Position numbers and translations under genes: made by a program
UHGV virus genome: UHGV-0096064
Reading direction: 5' to 3' (one strand)
DNA length: 64,000 bases
Origin: a virus
Notes under the pieces: model-generated
The model's input: the letters and a program-made list of their open reading frames with translations, nothing else
What the model was told of the DNA's origin: nothing
The model's database searches: none
In this document: positions 1 through 10,700 of the stretch, piece after piece
Layout of the letters: every line of letters begins with the position of its first letter
Position numbering within the stretch: the first letter of the stretch is position 1

Positions 1-163
1 AGTGGCTGCGGAAGAAGCTCGGCGGCAGCTTGCTCAGGAACAGGGCTTCGGCACGACCATGACGGTTCAGGCCCCGGCGCAGCCCTCGGCAGGAAGTGAA
101 GATGTAAACTCCGCCCTCTCCAATCTGCTGGCGGCGGCTGGCAGCTACGGCGGACAGGCATAA
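1..163 (+). CDS. C-terminal fragment of unknown protein (window edge)
   Basis: Frame 2 is open from the window start to TAA at 161-163; Ala/Gly-rich tail ...LLAAAGSYGGQA. Not in the ORF track because it is truncated. Confidence 0.3.
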   Translation, partial: VAAEEARRQLAQEQGFGTTMTVQAPAQPSAGSEDVNSALSNLLAAAGSYGGQA

Positions 164-188
164 AATGATACGCTAACCTCCAAACAAG

Positions 189-3100
189 TTGGTGGGTATA
201 GTCATGCAACAGAATATCTTCCAGTCTCCAGCATCTCAAATCTCACCAACTGTTTGGCAGACCGCTGTCAACTTCCTGCGGCTGGTCTTGCCTACGGGCG
301 TGGGGTTCTACAGCACCTCCTCGGTGGGGGCGAACCCCGGCTCGTGGCGAGACCAGCCGCATGCCAACATCGAGTCGATGGCCCAAACGGTGCTCTCGCT
401 CTCGGCGCAGCAATGCAACACCTACTTCGCCATGTCCGGCTTCCGTGAAGGACTCCATGAAGAACAGAAGCCGAACGGGAAGACGGCTACAGTCTTCCGC
501 ACGCAGGCCAACGCCATAGCGCAGCGTTGCCTCTGGCTCGACATCGACTGCGGGAAGGCGAACAGCGTCTATCCCAACGATGTCGCCGCCATCAATGCGC
601 TTACAAATTTCCTCAAGCAGACGGGACTCCCTCTTCCTGTCGTCGTCAGCTCCGGCCACGGCCTCCATCTCTACTGGCCTTTCATGGAGTCCGTAAGCAC
701 CACGCAGTGGCTGCAAATGGCCGGGATGCTCAAGTCCCTCTGCACCCACTTCCAGTTCGACGCCGACCACAGCCGGACGATGGATGCCGCCAGCGTCCTG
801 CGCGTGCCCGGCACCTACAACTACGACTTCAAGGGCAAGTATGACGGGCAGCCCAAGCTGTGCCGCATCCTCATCCTGCCCAAGACCATATACCATGTGC
901 TGGATATTGCCGGGACTCTGGTCAAGGCCATCAAGTCCAACCGGATAGCCCCGGCTACCTATACGTCGCCGCGCTCCACCTATCCTCTCCCGTCCGTAGG
1001 AGCCGTGCCTCCCGCTCCCGAAGGGCTGTCCTTCGTCGGGATGGAGGAAGCCTTCAACGGGCCGAAGCGTCATCCCTTCCAGATTATCAGGAAGTGCCGC
1101 CAGATTCAGCAAGCGGGCCTTGGGACGTACACCCAATGGTACAACATGATGCTGGTCATGAAGCACTGCGCCTTCGGCGAGCAGGCCGTCCACGACATCT
1201 CGAAGATGGACAAGGTGCGCTACGACTACAACAACACCCAGACGAAGCTGACGCAGGCCATTGAGGGCGGCTACGGGCCGTGCCGCTGCGACACCTTCAA
1301 CGAGAAAGACCCCGGCATCTGCCAGTCGTGTCCTTTCTGGGGGAAGATTACCTCCCCCCTCCAGTTGGGCGACCCGTATGTGGAACGCAAGCCTGTGAAG
1401 CTGGTCGCCGCCGATGTGAACAGCGACTCGCCCGTGGTCACGGCGTCCCCCTGCGCTCCCGTCATGGAGGTCATGCCCTTCAACAATCAGGAGTTCTCGG
1501 TCGTCCCCGGCAAGGGCGTCATCTGGCACAAGAAGACGCTCGTGTCCGCAGCCGAAGCCGGGGCCAACGATGATGAAGACCACTACATCACCAAGGACAT
1601 CCTCATTTGCGATGTGGAAATTTATGTCCATAGCGTCTGCATTGACGACACCGGGCCGGACTTGCAGCGCAGCTACCTCGTGCGCAAGCAGGCTCCGGGG
1701 AAGGCACCGGAAGAACTGCGGCTTAACGTGACCTCGGACTTGGGAACGCAGAAGCTCTGGAACTGGCTGGCGAACAATGCGATGCTGCCTGTACACCCCC
1801 GTTACAACAAGCAGTTGAGTGACTTTATGAGCACATATCTAGCGTCCATTCAGAACAAGCTGCCGGAAGTTTTTGTCCGCGACACGTTCGGTTGGGTGAC
1901 GAACCATGACGGCGTGACTGGAGAGTCCTATCCCGGCTTCATCGTCGGGCCTGAGATGTTCACGTCCCGTGGCGTCAAGCCTGTCAAGCTCACGCCCCGC
2001 GCCGCACAGGTGGCCGAGTCCTTCTCCCGTGTCGGGAATCTGGAGAAGTGGAAGATGGTACCGCAGATGTACCGCATCCTCGAACAACCCTTCTCTCAGC
2101 TCATGATGCTGACCGGGTTTGGCGCTCCGTTTATGAAGAACGGCGTCGGCACGGCCACCAACGTGGCCTACTCCCTCTGGGATGTGAAGGGCGGGAAGGG
2201 CAAGTCCACCGTCCTTGAAGCCGTCTCCAGCATATGGGGCTGCCCGAAGCATCTCCTCCAGACGAAGAACGATACCGTCTCGTCCCGTTTCCAGAAGTAC
2301 GCGGTTCACAAGAACCTGCCCATCTTCATCGACGAGGTGACGAACATCAGGGAAGCCGACCTCTCCGACCTTATCTACGACATCGTGAACGGACGGGAAA
2401 AGAGCCGTTCGCTTGGCTCCGGTACGGCGCTGGCCCGCTCCGGGTCATGGTCGACCACGACTCTGTTCACCTCGAACAAGTCTCTTTACGAGATGCTCAA
2501 GAGCAGCCACATCCAGTCTGACGCCACCTGCATGCGCGTGGTCGAGCACCAGTGCGACTTCAAGGACTATACGGGCACGCCCTACCAGAAGTACATCGCC
2601 AGCGTGCAGAACGTGATGCACACCAACTATGGGCTCGCTGGCCCGGCGTTCCTCCAGTATTGTTTCGACCATCCCGAAGTGATGGACGAGATTACCCATA
2701 AGGCCAAGGCTTTCGCCCAGACCTATACCGTCCAGTCCGACGAACGGTTCTGGATGTACGGCATCGGCATCCCGCTGGCGGCTGGTGAAATCGCCGTCCG
2801 CGCCGGACTCATCGACTACGACATCCCGTACCTGCGCGAGTGGTGCGTCAAGGTGCTCCTGCCCTCGCTCCGCGAAAAGATTCGCGACACGAAGTCCAGC
2901 GGCGACAACCTGCTGTCCGAGTTCCTCAACGAGAACATCAGCCACACCCTGTCCGTGAGCTCGGCCAAGCGCCCCTCCAGCCAGAAAGACCCCGGCATCC
3001 AGTCCGGCCTCGACACCTACGTCAAGTTTTACCCGGTCGGCGCTCTCTATATCCGCCACGAACAGGACACGAACACCTACTACGTCAGCACGAAGCGGCT

Positions 3101-3278
3101 GCAATACTGGTGCCGGGACAACCGAATCTCGATGGACGTCATGCTTCAAGAGCTGCGGAACAAGGGCGTCTACCAGAAGAACGACAAGATTCAATACGCC
3201 CTCGGCAAGTGGGTGTCGGCTCTTGACCATAGCAGGTCGACGGTCTTCCGGTTCGTCATCCCGCAGGATAAGGAATAG
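189..3278 (+). CDS. DNA primase-helicase (AEP prim-pol domain + P4/D5-type SF3 helicase)
   Basis: 1029 aa. N-terminal region has the AEP primase-polymerase signature (LWLDIDCG ... SSGHGLHLYWPF). C-terminal region has a P4-alpha-type Walker A (DVKGGKGKST). This arrangement is common in phage and plasmid primases. Confidence 0.8.
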   Translation: MVGIVMQQNIFQSPASQISPTVWQTAVNFLRLVLPTGVGFYSTSSVGANPGSWRDQPHANIESMAQTVLSLSAQQCNTYFAMSGFREGLHEEQKPNGKTATVFRTQANAIAQRCLWLDIDCGKANSVYPNDVAAINALTNFLKQTGLPLPVVVSSGHGLHLYWPFMESVSTTQWLQMAGMLKSLCTHFQFDADHSRTMDAASVLRVPGTYNYDFKGKYDGQPKLCRILILPKTIYHVLDIAGTLVKAIKSNRIAPATYTSPRSTYPLPSVGAVPPAPEGLSFVGMEEAFNGPKRHPFQIIRKCRQIQQAGLGTYTQWYNMMLVMKHCAFGEQAVHDISKMDKVRYDYNNTQTKLTQAIEGGYGPCRCDTFNEKDPGICQSCPFWGKITSPLQLGDPYVERKPVKLVAADVNSDSPVVTASPCAPVMEVMPFNNQEFSVVPGKGVIWHKKTLVSAAEAGANDDEDHYITKDILICDVEIYVHSVCIDDTGPDLQRSYLVRKQAPGKAPEELRLNVTSDLGTQKLWNWLANNAMLPVHPRYNKQLSDFMSTYLASIQNKLPEVFVRDTFGWVTNHDGVTGESYPGFIVGPEMFTSRGVKPVKLTPRAAQVAESFSRVGNLEKWKMVPQMYRILEQPFSQLMMLTGFGAPFMKNGVGTATNVAYSLWDVKGGKGKSTVLEAVSSIWGCPKHLLQTKNDTVSSRFQKYAVHKNLPIFIDEVTNIREADLSDLIYDIVNGREKSRSLGSGTALARSGSWSTTTLFTSNKSLYEMLKSSHIQSDATCMRVVEHQCDFKDYTGTPYQKYIASVQNVMHTNYGLAGPAFLQYCFDHPEVMDEITHKAKAFAQTYTVQSDERFWMYGIGIPLAAGEIAVRAGLIDYDIPYLREWCVKVLLPSLREKIRDTKSSGDNLLSEFLNENISHTLSVSSAKRPSSQKDPGIQSGLDTYVKFYPVGALYIRHEQDTNTYYVSTKRLQYWCRDNRISMDVMLQELRNKGVYQKNDKIQYALGKWVSALDHSRSTVFRFVIPQDKE

Positions 3279-3288
3279 GATAAAAGAA

Positions 3289-3320
3289 GGGTGCCCCTCC
3301 AGTCTCATAAAGGGGCACCC
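3289..3320. terminator. bidirectional hairpin between convergent genes
   Basis: Perfect 10-bp stem GGGTGCCCCT/AGGGGCACCC with a 12-nt loop. A-tract on the plus-strand 5' side gives a U-tract for the minus-strand transcript of gene 3388..4101. Sits 11 nt after the primase stop. Confidence 0.6.
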
Positions 3321-3387
3321 CGGCGGTGGGTAGCGTCCTGCAACAAGACACCGGGCCAACCATAGGCCAAGTGGCCCGGTGTGTCAA

Positions 3388-4101
3388 TTACGCCTTTTTA
3401 CGGCGCGGACGTACCGTGGGCGACTCATCCATCGCGTCAGGCTGGAAAAGGTCTACAGAGGCCGTTTCTGTCGCATTGGCGGCCACGCTGGAGGTGGACG
3501 CAGCCGCTGCCTTGGCGACCTTGACCTTCACTTCCTCGACCACGATGCTGTTGCCCATGCAGTTGGTGGCGGCGACGGACACGTTGAACGTCCCGGACGC
3601 GGTCGGCGTACCGGAGAGGCGAACCAAATCCTGCTCATACTCGGCGCTCATCCAGTCGGGCATCCCGGTCACATCGTAGTTGATGGGGAGCGTGCCGTCG
3701 AAGGTGACGCGCCCTTCCCATTCCTCATTCACGAGGGCAGTGGGGGAAACGGTCTGCTTGTGGGTCACTTCGACGCACTCGCAGTCGCCGCCCTCGCAAC
3801 AGTTGTAATTGCAGATGAGCCACTTGATGACGGGCACGCTGGTCTCGAAGAAGAGGCAGGTGCCGCGAGGGAACTTGCGTGCCTCGCTCCCGCCGTAGCC
3901 CCGCTCCATGACGAGGGTGCCGCACTGGTTCTCAATGTACACCCACTCGGTATACAGGTTGTCCCGCAGGGACAGGATGGTGGAGTCACCGTCCGGGATG
4001 TGGGCCAGCAACCGGGCGTAGTCCCGTGGCGTCAGCGGGAGAAACGAGTCATCGGCATAGAGTACATCGTGGAGCGTGGCGGAAAATGGTTTGAGAATCA
4101 T
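3388..4101 (-). CDS. hypothetical Cys-rich protein (last gene of late block)
   Basis: 237-aa ORF with a Cys cluster (CNYNCCEGGDCEC). No recognisable family. Confidence 0.45.
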   Translation of the reverse strand: MILKPFSATLHDVLYADDSFLPLTPRDYARLLAHIPDGDSTILSLRDNLYTEWVYIENQCGTLVMERGYGGSEARKFPRGTCLFFETSVPVIKWLICNYNCCEGGDCECVEVTHKQTVSPTALVNEEWEGRVTFDGTLPINYDVTGMPDWMSAEYEQDLVRLSGTPTASGTFNVSVAATNCMGNSIVVEEVKVKVAKAAAASTSSVAANATETASVDLFQPDAMDESPTVRPRRKKA

Positions 4102-4111
4102 GGTGTCTCCT

Positions 4112-4594
4112 TTAGCAGTCGTCGCTGTTGCAGGGGGTTTGCGTCACCGAAACGGAGTCAATCAGGACAGGGGTCGTGCAAAGGTCGATGTCCAGTTTGG
4201 CGATGAGCCGCCCGTCATTGAACTCAAGGATGCCCCAATACCGTCCGGGCGGAAGGTGCCAGAGCTGGTCGTCAAACCGGAAGACCGTCTCCCCCTTGTC
4301 GTTGGTGTCGAAGGCGGGATACACCAGCGCCGGAAGCTCATGAGGGTAGACGGCGTCCGTCCACGGCGTCTCGTATCCGGGCCAGCATCCTGTGAAAATC
4401 AGTTCTGACTTGAGGCGGCACTTGCAATGGGGCGCTTGGATGACAAGGCGCACATGCTCATAGTCGATAAGCTGCCCGCCGTTGCACCCCGGCTGTACCA
4501 GCTTGACCGCGAGCTCCGGCTGCCCCCAACAGATTCGGGTGATGGTCGATTTCATATCCTTACCTTGACTTCCGATAGTGAGTGTCGTAAACAA
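4112..4594 (-). CDS. hypothetical protein
   Basis: 160-aa ORF packed 10 nt upstream of gene 3388..4101 on the same strand. Confidence 0.45.
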   Translation of the reverse strand: MFTTLTIGSQGKDMKSTITRICWGQPELAVKLVQPGCNGGQLIDYEHVRLVIQAPHCKCRLKSELIFTGCWPGYETPWTDAVYPHELPALVYPAFDTNDKGETVFRFDDQLWHLPPGRYWGILEFNDGRLIAKLDIDLCTTPVLIDSVSVTQTPCNSDDC

Positions 4595-4665
4595 CCTAGG
4601 TCATGTCTCACCATTTGGCAATCCCGAATGGCGTACCACTCTGACATGACACATCACCTGCCACG

Positions 4666-4707
4666 CCCTCCCGGTCTTGCCTTCGTACCGGGAGGGTTTC
4701 TCTTTTT
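4666..4707 (+). terminator. intrinsic-terminator-like hairpin (U-tract on plus strand)
   Basis: Perfect 10-bp stem CCCTCCCGGT/ACCGGGAGGG with an 11-nt loop, followed by TTTCTCTTTTT on the plus strand. Lies immediately 3' of the giant minus-strand gene (stop at 4709-4711). Confidence 0.5.
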
Positions 4708-4708
4708 C

Positions 4709-7700
4709 CTAGTTCATGTACAAGTCCGCTTGATCATCGTGCAGCGCAATGGCGGCCTTCTCCGCAGCCTCCAAGGTGCGGAACTTGCCGAGATGCTCAC
4801 CCGTCAACAGGTAGTGCTGCCACGCCTGTTCCGGCGACCACCGCTCCCCATTGGGGCCGATGGACGGGAAGTTGACCCAGAGGCCGTCCCCATCCTGTTC
4901 GGTCATGGTGGCTACCGTACTGATTGTCCCGTCCGCGTTCTTCACCACGGGCCGATTGTAGAGGTCGATGTTGCCGGGGATGACCGGGGCGTTGGGCACC
5001 TCATGACGCAGCGCCGCCGACGCATCCTCATCCGGTACGTCGAACCGACCACGGTAGCCGCGGTTGAAGTAGTTCAGGCCGTTCACCGTGTTCTCCTGCA
5101 CCGCATTGCGGGCAATGCTCCAGTCCGTATACACTTGGCGGATGGCGTCCTCGTCCATGTCTGGGCCGAACAGCGCATCCAGCGTCTTCCGCGTCTCGCT
5201 GTTCAAATCGGACAACTGCCTGTCCGCCACGTAGATGGAGATGTAGTCGTCGGCTTCTTCCTGAGTGAACCCGGCGGACAGGAGGATGTCCTTCTTCTCG
5301 CCCACCGTCCCCTTCAAGGCGTTGCCGATGCCAGCCCTGCGGATGAGGTTCTCGTAGTGCTCACGCGCATTGTAGAAGGAGGTCTGGGTCACGTTCATGC
5401 CCGTGGCGTAGATGGACGTGGCACCGAGCGCCGACCAGAACGGCCCCAATTGCTCCCGTGTGGACTGGTAGATGGGGTTCTTGTAGAGCGGGTCGTGTTC
5501 AATCCAAGCCATGACGCCCTGCAACACGCCGCCCAGATACCCGTTGGCGAGGGCGCGGATTTCTTCCGGGGCCATGTCCACGCCGATGGCGTCGTAAAGA
5601 CCCTTGGCGATGTTCACCCATGTCCTGTCTGTCGTCAGGTTGTAGTGGTCGGACTGGCGCGCCGTCCTGTTGTACGAGTCGTAGGACAGCTTGGCACCGG
5701 AATAGGAGTACCCTGTAGCCACCTGAACGGCAGGCTGCATAATCATGGGCGACATGGTCTGGATGATGAACTGCATCGGGTTCTGCTTGAACTCGAACGC
5801 AGGCATCGAGTTGGGCACGAGCGACTTGCCGAAGACGACCATCATGGTAGCCATGAGGTCGCCGCAGCTCATCTTCCCCCGCTCCACCCGGTCGAAGCCG
5901 TAGGCCGCAAGCGCGCCGAGCATGGCCGGGCCGAAGCCTGTGGGCCACTTCACGTAAGCGCCGCCGCCCGTGCCGACCGGGATGAAGGTGCAAACCTGCG
6001 ACAGCGGCATCATGTCGAGGATGCGCTCGCCTTCTTCCCCTTCTCCGAGGCTGTCCTGAATCAACGGGATGAGCGCCCGGATGGAGGCGTAGGATGCGAA
6101 CAGGACGGCCCATCCACGGATGGCCTTCATCCTGAGCTGCCTCGCCTGCGGATGGTTGCCGAACGTCATGGTGTGCAGGCCGAGTGCGCCGAGAAGGTTG
6201 CTTGCCGTCTGTCCTATCGAGTTGGTGAACGGGAACAGGGGCGAGAGGTAACGGGACGTGAACCGCCCACGCTGCGCCATGTTCATCAGGGTCGACACCC
6301 CGCTCACGGTGTCGCGCATGTTGATGCCGTTCTCCCGCATCTTGATGAACTGCGCGAACGTGGGCAGAGCATAGAAGAAGTTGCCCCACTCCGTGATGGT
6401 GTTGATGGCCTTGCCGATGGTGCCGCTTCCAAGTTTCTTCAACGAGTTGGGGATGACGGCGCGCACATCGGTGGCCGTCCGGCGCTTGTTCAGACGCAGA
6501 AGCTCGTTGTAGTTGGAGGAGGAGTCCACCCCGCTGGCCTTGAAGTCCTGCATCATCCGGTCGATGTAGGCGTTGCCTGACGTGCCCGTCGACCAGTACC
6601 GCGCAAGCCGGATGAAGTTCATCGGGTTCAGGGCGAAGCCCACCATCTGGCAGGCGATGCGCGCACCCGGCACATTCTCCCCGCGCTCGTTGGTGAAGTT
6701 CCTCGTCGGCAGATAGGACACACGTTCCGTGAAGTCGCGCACGCTGGTCAGGACGGGGAAGTATGGTTTGAACCTCGTATAGACGCTGGCATAGGAGCGC
6801 GTCACCGTCGCCAAAGCCGACAAGACCTTGTCCGGTGCCGCAGCGTAGAACGGGTTGCGGACGGACTCGTGAACCTTGGGGTCATCGAACATCACCCGGT
6901 AGGCTTGGATGACGCTCTGCCCACTCTCGTCCACATCCAGTACGCGGATGACCACGTCCGTGCTGTCCTCGACGTTGCGCGCCCATTGCTCCGCCTGCTT
7001 CGTGTGCTGGCCCGTGCCGTATCGGATACCGTTCACGATGTTCTCAGGCACCATCGCCATGCCGTTGTAGAACTTGGTGTTCCCCGCCTCGCTCGTGACG
7101 TTGCCCTGTTTCTCGAACATGAGGTAGGCTTGGCGCAGGTAGGAGCCGAACTCGGACATCCCGACGCTGCGCGACGCCCGCGTCCCGTATTGGACAAGCG
7201 CCGTCCATGCGTCCTGTGCAGGGGTGCGGGAACCGTAACGGTGGAAGTTCTGCCGGGGGGCATAGTAGGAGATGTCGTTGATGCCCCCAGTGCCAGCTTG
7301 CTTGTCCGTGGTCATGGCGCAGTAGTAGAGCCACTCGTCGAACCGGGCGAAGTCGGCATCGGAGAGCTGCCCATTCTCAAACAGGAATCTTGTTACCCAT
7401 GAGTAACCATTGCCGAGCATGGCAAGGCCCGCGTTGCACTTCTCCTGTCCATACCGGGCCACGACCTCGGCGATTTCCGCCTGAGCCTCGGCTACCGTCC
7501 GACCGCCGTACAGGTTCACGTCCACATCCTCGCCCGCTTGCCGGGCCAAGTACGCGGAGAGTGCGCTCTTGGCGGCCTTCACAGCGTCAATCTTCTCCTG
7601 TCCGTTGGGCAGCATGTACGCTTCCTGAACGGCGCGCTCTAGTTCAATCTGCTGCTTCGGCGCGGCCTCAAGCGTATGCTGCGCCGTGCGGTAGCGGCCC

Positions 7701-10700
7701 ATATCGGACATGAACTTGTCCACGTCCACGGACTTGCCGTCGATGTCGTAGGCGTTCTCATTGGCCCACTTCATAATGGGCTCGTAGACGTTGTTCATGA
7801 AGAGCCGTGCGGCACCCGTGATGCGATTCTGCAACGTGTTGAACGACTGGAGGAGAGGAGTCTCGTCCGGGTTCGTCCTGCTGTTCGACAGATGCTTCAA
7901 GCAGTACAGCCGGAAGTCGGCCCCGCCGTCGACGAAGTTGCGCCGGATGCTGGTGGCGAACGACGCCCAACGCCCGGCCCGCCACTCAGGAGAATAGGCC
8001 GTCTCAATGAACCCCTTGCGGCGGTACGCCTCCATCTCCTTGCCCTTGCGCAAGGACTCGGCGTTCTCCCGTGCGATGGTGCTGACAAGCTCGGCGGCGC
8101 GGGCAAGCCCATCCTCCTCGACGTCGCCAAGGGGGGCGTACTCGTTCACGTCGAAGGTGCCGTCAGGATTGGCCGTCTCGCCTGCGTCGCCGGGGGCCAT
8201 GCCCTCGGACAGCTCGGCGTTGATGGCGTCGCCGAGTTCAATCTTCTCGGCGGCAATCTCTTCCGGCGTGCGGATGACGGGAGGCTCGGACGCAGTCTCG
8301 GCCCCGCGCACCACATCGGAAGTGGAGTCCAGCATGTTGCCGTTCTGCATCCCGTTCACGGACGTGTCGGCCTGCGGAGTCAGGAGACCGGAGACAAGCT
8401 GCTGCGTCACGTAGGTGGGCGTGTTGCCGAGCGTCGCCAGCGGAGAGGTCATGTTCTGCGGGTCGACCATCGCCTCGTTGATGGCGTTGTTGTAGAGGCT
8501 GTCCGGTGCGGCGTCCGCCATCTCCATCGTCTGCGCGGCGTAGTCGATGGAGGTGTCCAGTGCATTGTCCTGTTCCAGATTGATTTGCTCTCTGGGGGAA
8601 GCGGTCTGCATGCCGACTGCGTCGCGCATGTAGTCGGCGGCGAAAGTGTACGCGGCACGCGGGTCATAGCCAGCCTGCATCATGCTGGTCATGACGTTGG
8701 TGAACTGGACATCCAGAGCCACGCGGGTTTGCAGGTCGACATCCAGACGCAGCGCGTCGATGATGTCGTTGACCGGAGTGTTCAGGCCCGTGAGCTGGCG
8801 GTCGAAAGCATCCCGCACCTCGACGGGAAGCACGGCATTGTAGATGTCGTTGCGCAGCTCGTAAGCCACCGAGTCCTTCTTGAGCTGGCGGAAGGAAGAG
8901 TATCTCAGGTATTGGTCAATAACCTCCCGAACCTGCACATACCACCGGAGAATGAACTCCTTCACGCGCTCGAAGATGGGCTGCAATCCGGAGTTCTTGG
9001 GCACCGTGCCGTCCATCATGTACCGCTCGAAGGCCGTGGTGATGGACTCATGCGCCCGTGAGCCCCATGTCGGCGGGTTGAAGAAGTTGGCTTCGGGTAC
9101 GCCAGCGTACCGGGCCAGCGTCTTCAAGTCCGCAAGAAGCTGCGACGCCATCGGGTTGGACTGGATTTCAGCCTGAGACATCCGGGACAGGACAAGCACG
9201 CCCTCGTAGATGAAGTAGTGCTCGAACTCGTGCAGGATGGTGTTGACGTCAGCGTCGGGGCGGACGCGGACGGCGCGGTTCGCAAGGTTGTAGTTCGGGT
9301 CGTAGATTCTCTCCGCGACGAAAGACCCACGCTGGTTCTCACTCCGGGTAGTGGGAAGAAGCGTAATCTCGTCGAGCATCTGGCGCACCGTCTTCTGCGA
9401 CACCTGCGCCAAGGTGTTGAGCATCCGGTACACAAGGACGGCGGCTGTGTTGGCAGACTGCTCATCCCTTTTCAGTTCCTTGCGGAAACGGTCGAGGAGA
9501 TGCTGGAGGTCATTGAAGGCGTCCATAGACTCCGCAGAGTTGCGGATGTCTTGGAGGAAGGCGTTGATGGTGTTGGCGGTAGCCATGTCCATCTCGGCCT
9601 GACGCAACGCCTCGGCATCCGAGTAGCCGCTGCTCTTGTAATACTGCTGACGGTCTCTGCGGAACTGCTCAAGGATGCTGGTCGTGGACTCTACAGAATC
9701 CCCGGATTCCGCAAGGCGGCCAAGGACTCCTGTGAATCGACCATCGCTTGAGCGTTGCTCTGTCGTGCTTGGATAGCCTCCATCGCCAACAGCCTGTCCC
9801 GCGCCTGCGGTATCATCTGGGCGACCACTTCGTCCGCTGTCGGCTCCGTCTCCGGCCTGCGGCCCCATTGGTTGATTAGGCTGAACATCGCCAGCAACCG
9901 TTCCGGGGTTCGCGTATGCGGCCCCACCAGCCCCTGCGCCTTGAGTTGTTCCACCAGCGCCAACAACATCTTGAGGGCTTCCGGCGACAACGCCTGCACC
10001 ATCTGCGGGTTGAGCGGCTGCTGTTTGGCGATTTGCCGCAACGCCGCCTGCACCAGCTTCCGTTGCTGTTCCGGCGTTAGTTCTAAGAAGTCTGTCATGT
10101 TCTACCTTCTTCCATTGCTCAAAGCGGTTCTTGATGTCCTGTCCGGAAAGCTGCGACAAGTTCGCGTCCACGTTGTCGATGACGGACTGGACGCTTGCAC
10201 GCATGCGCTCATCCGGGGCAATCTGGTACGCCCGCGCCAAAAGGGACAGAAGTTCTTCCGTCTTGTCGTAGAAGGACAACCCATACTCGGATGTCCACGA
10301 GGCGGGCGGTTGGCTGCTGGCGATGTCGCGCATGACTTCCCGCGCACGGTTGACCAGCGCGTTGAAGTCTGCGGTACTGGACACGGGCACGGTCGGGCGC
10401 GGCGCTTCCGGCACAGGCGAAATGGTGGGCTCTACCGGAGTGCTGACAGGCTCGACAGTGGGCTCGACGGTAGGCTCAACACGGGGCTCGGTCTGGACTG
10501 GAGCAGGCGTCGGGTTCACGGGCGTAAGCGGCGTCACCGGGCGGCCCGTGTTGTTCATCTTCCAGTCCGTATACGCATTGACGGCGTTCACCGTCACCAT
10601 CGGGTTCCGGTTCAGGTAGCCCTGCAACCGGACGAAGACAGGCTCAAGGCGCTTGATGTCGAGGCCAGCGGCTTCGGCGCGCTGCATGTTCTCGAACATG

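Noticed and set aside
243-1796. 517-aa minus-strand ORF inside the primase gene, and similar long antisense ORFs (4427..6580, 7676..9061, 9755..12151, 16892..18508, 21020..23833, 32720..35983)
   Set aside because: They lie wholly antisense to long, well-supported genes with recognisable domains. High GC depletes stop codons in antisense frames. Their translations are Arg/Gly/Pro/Ala low-complexity with no motifs.
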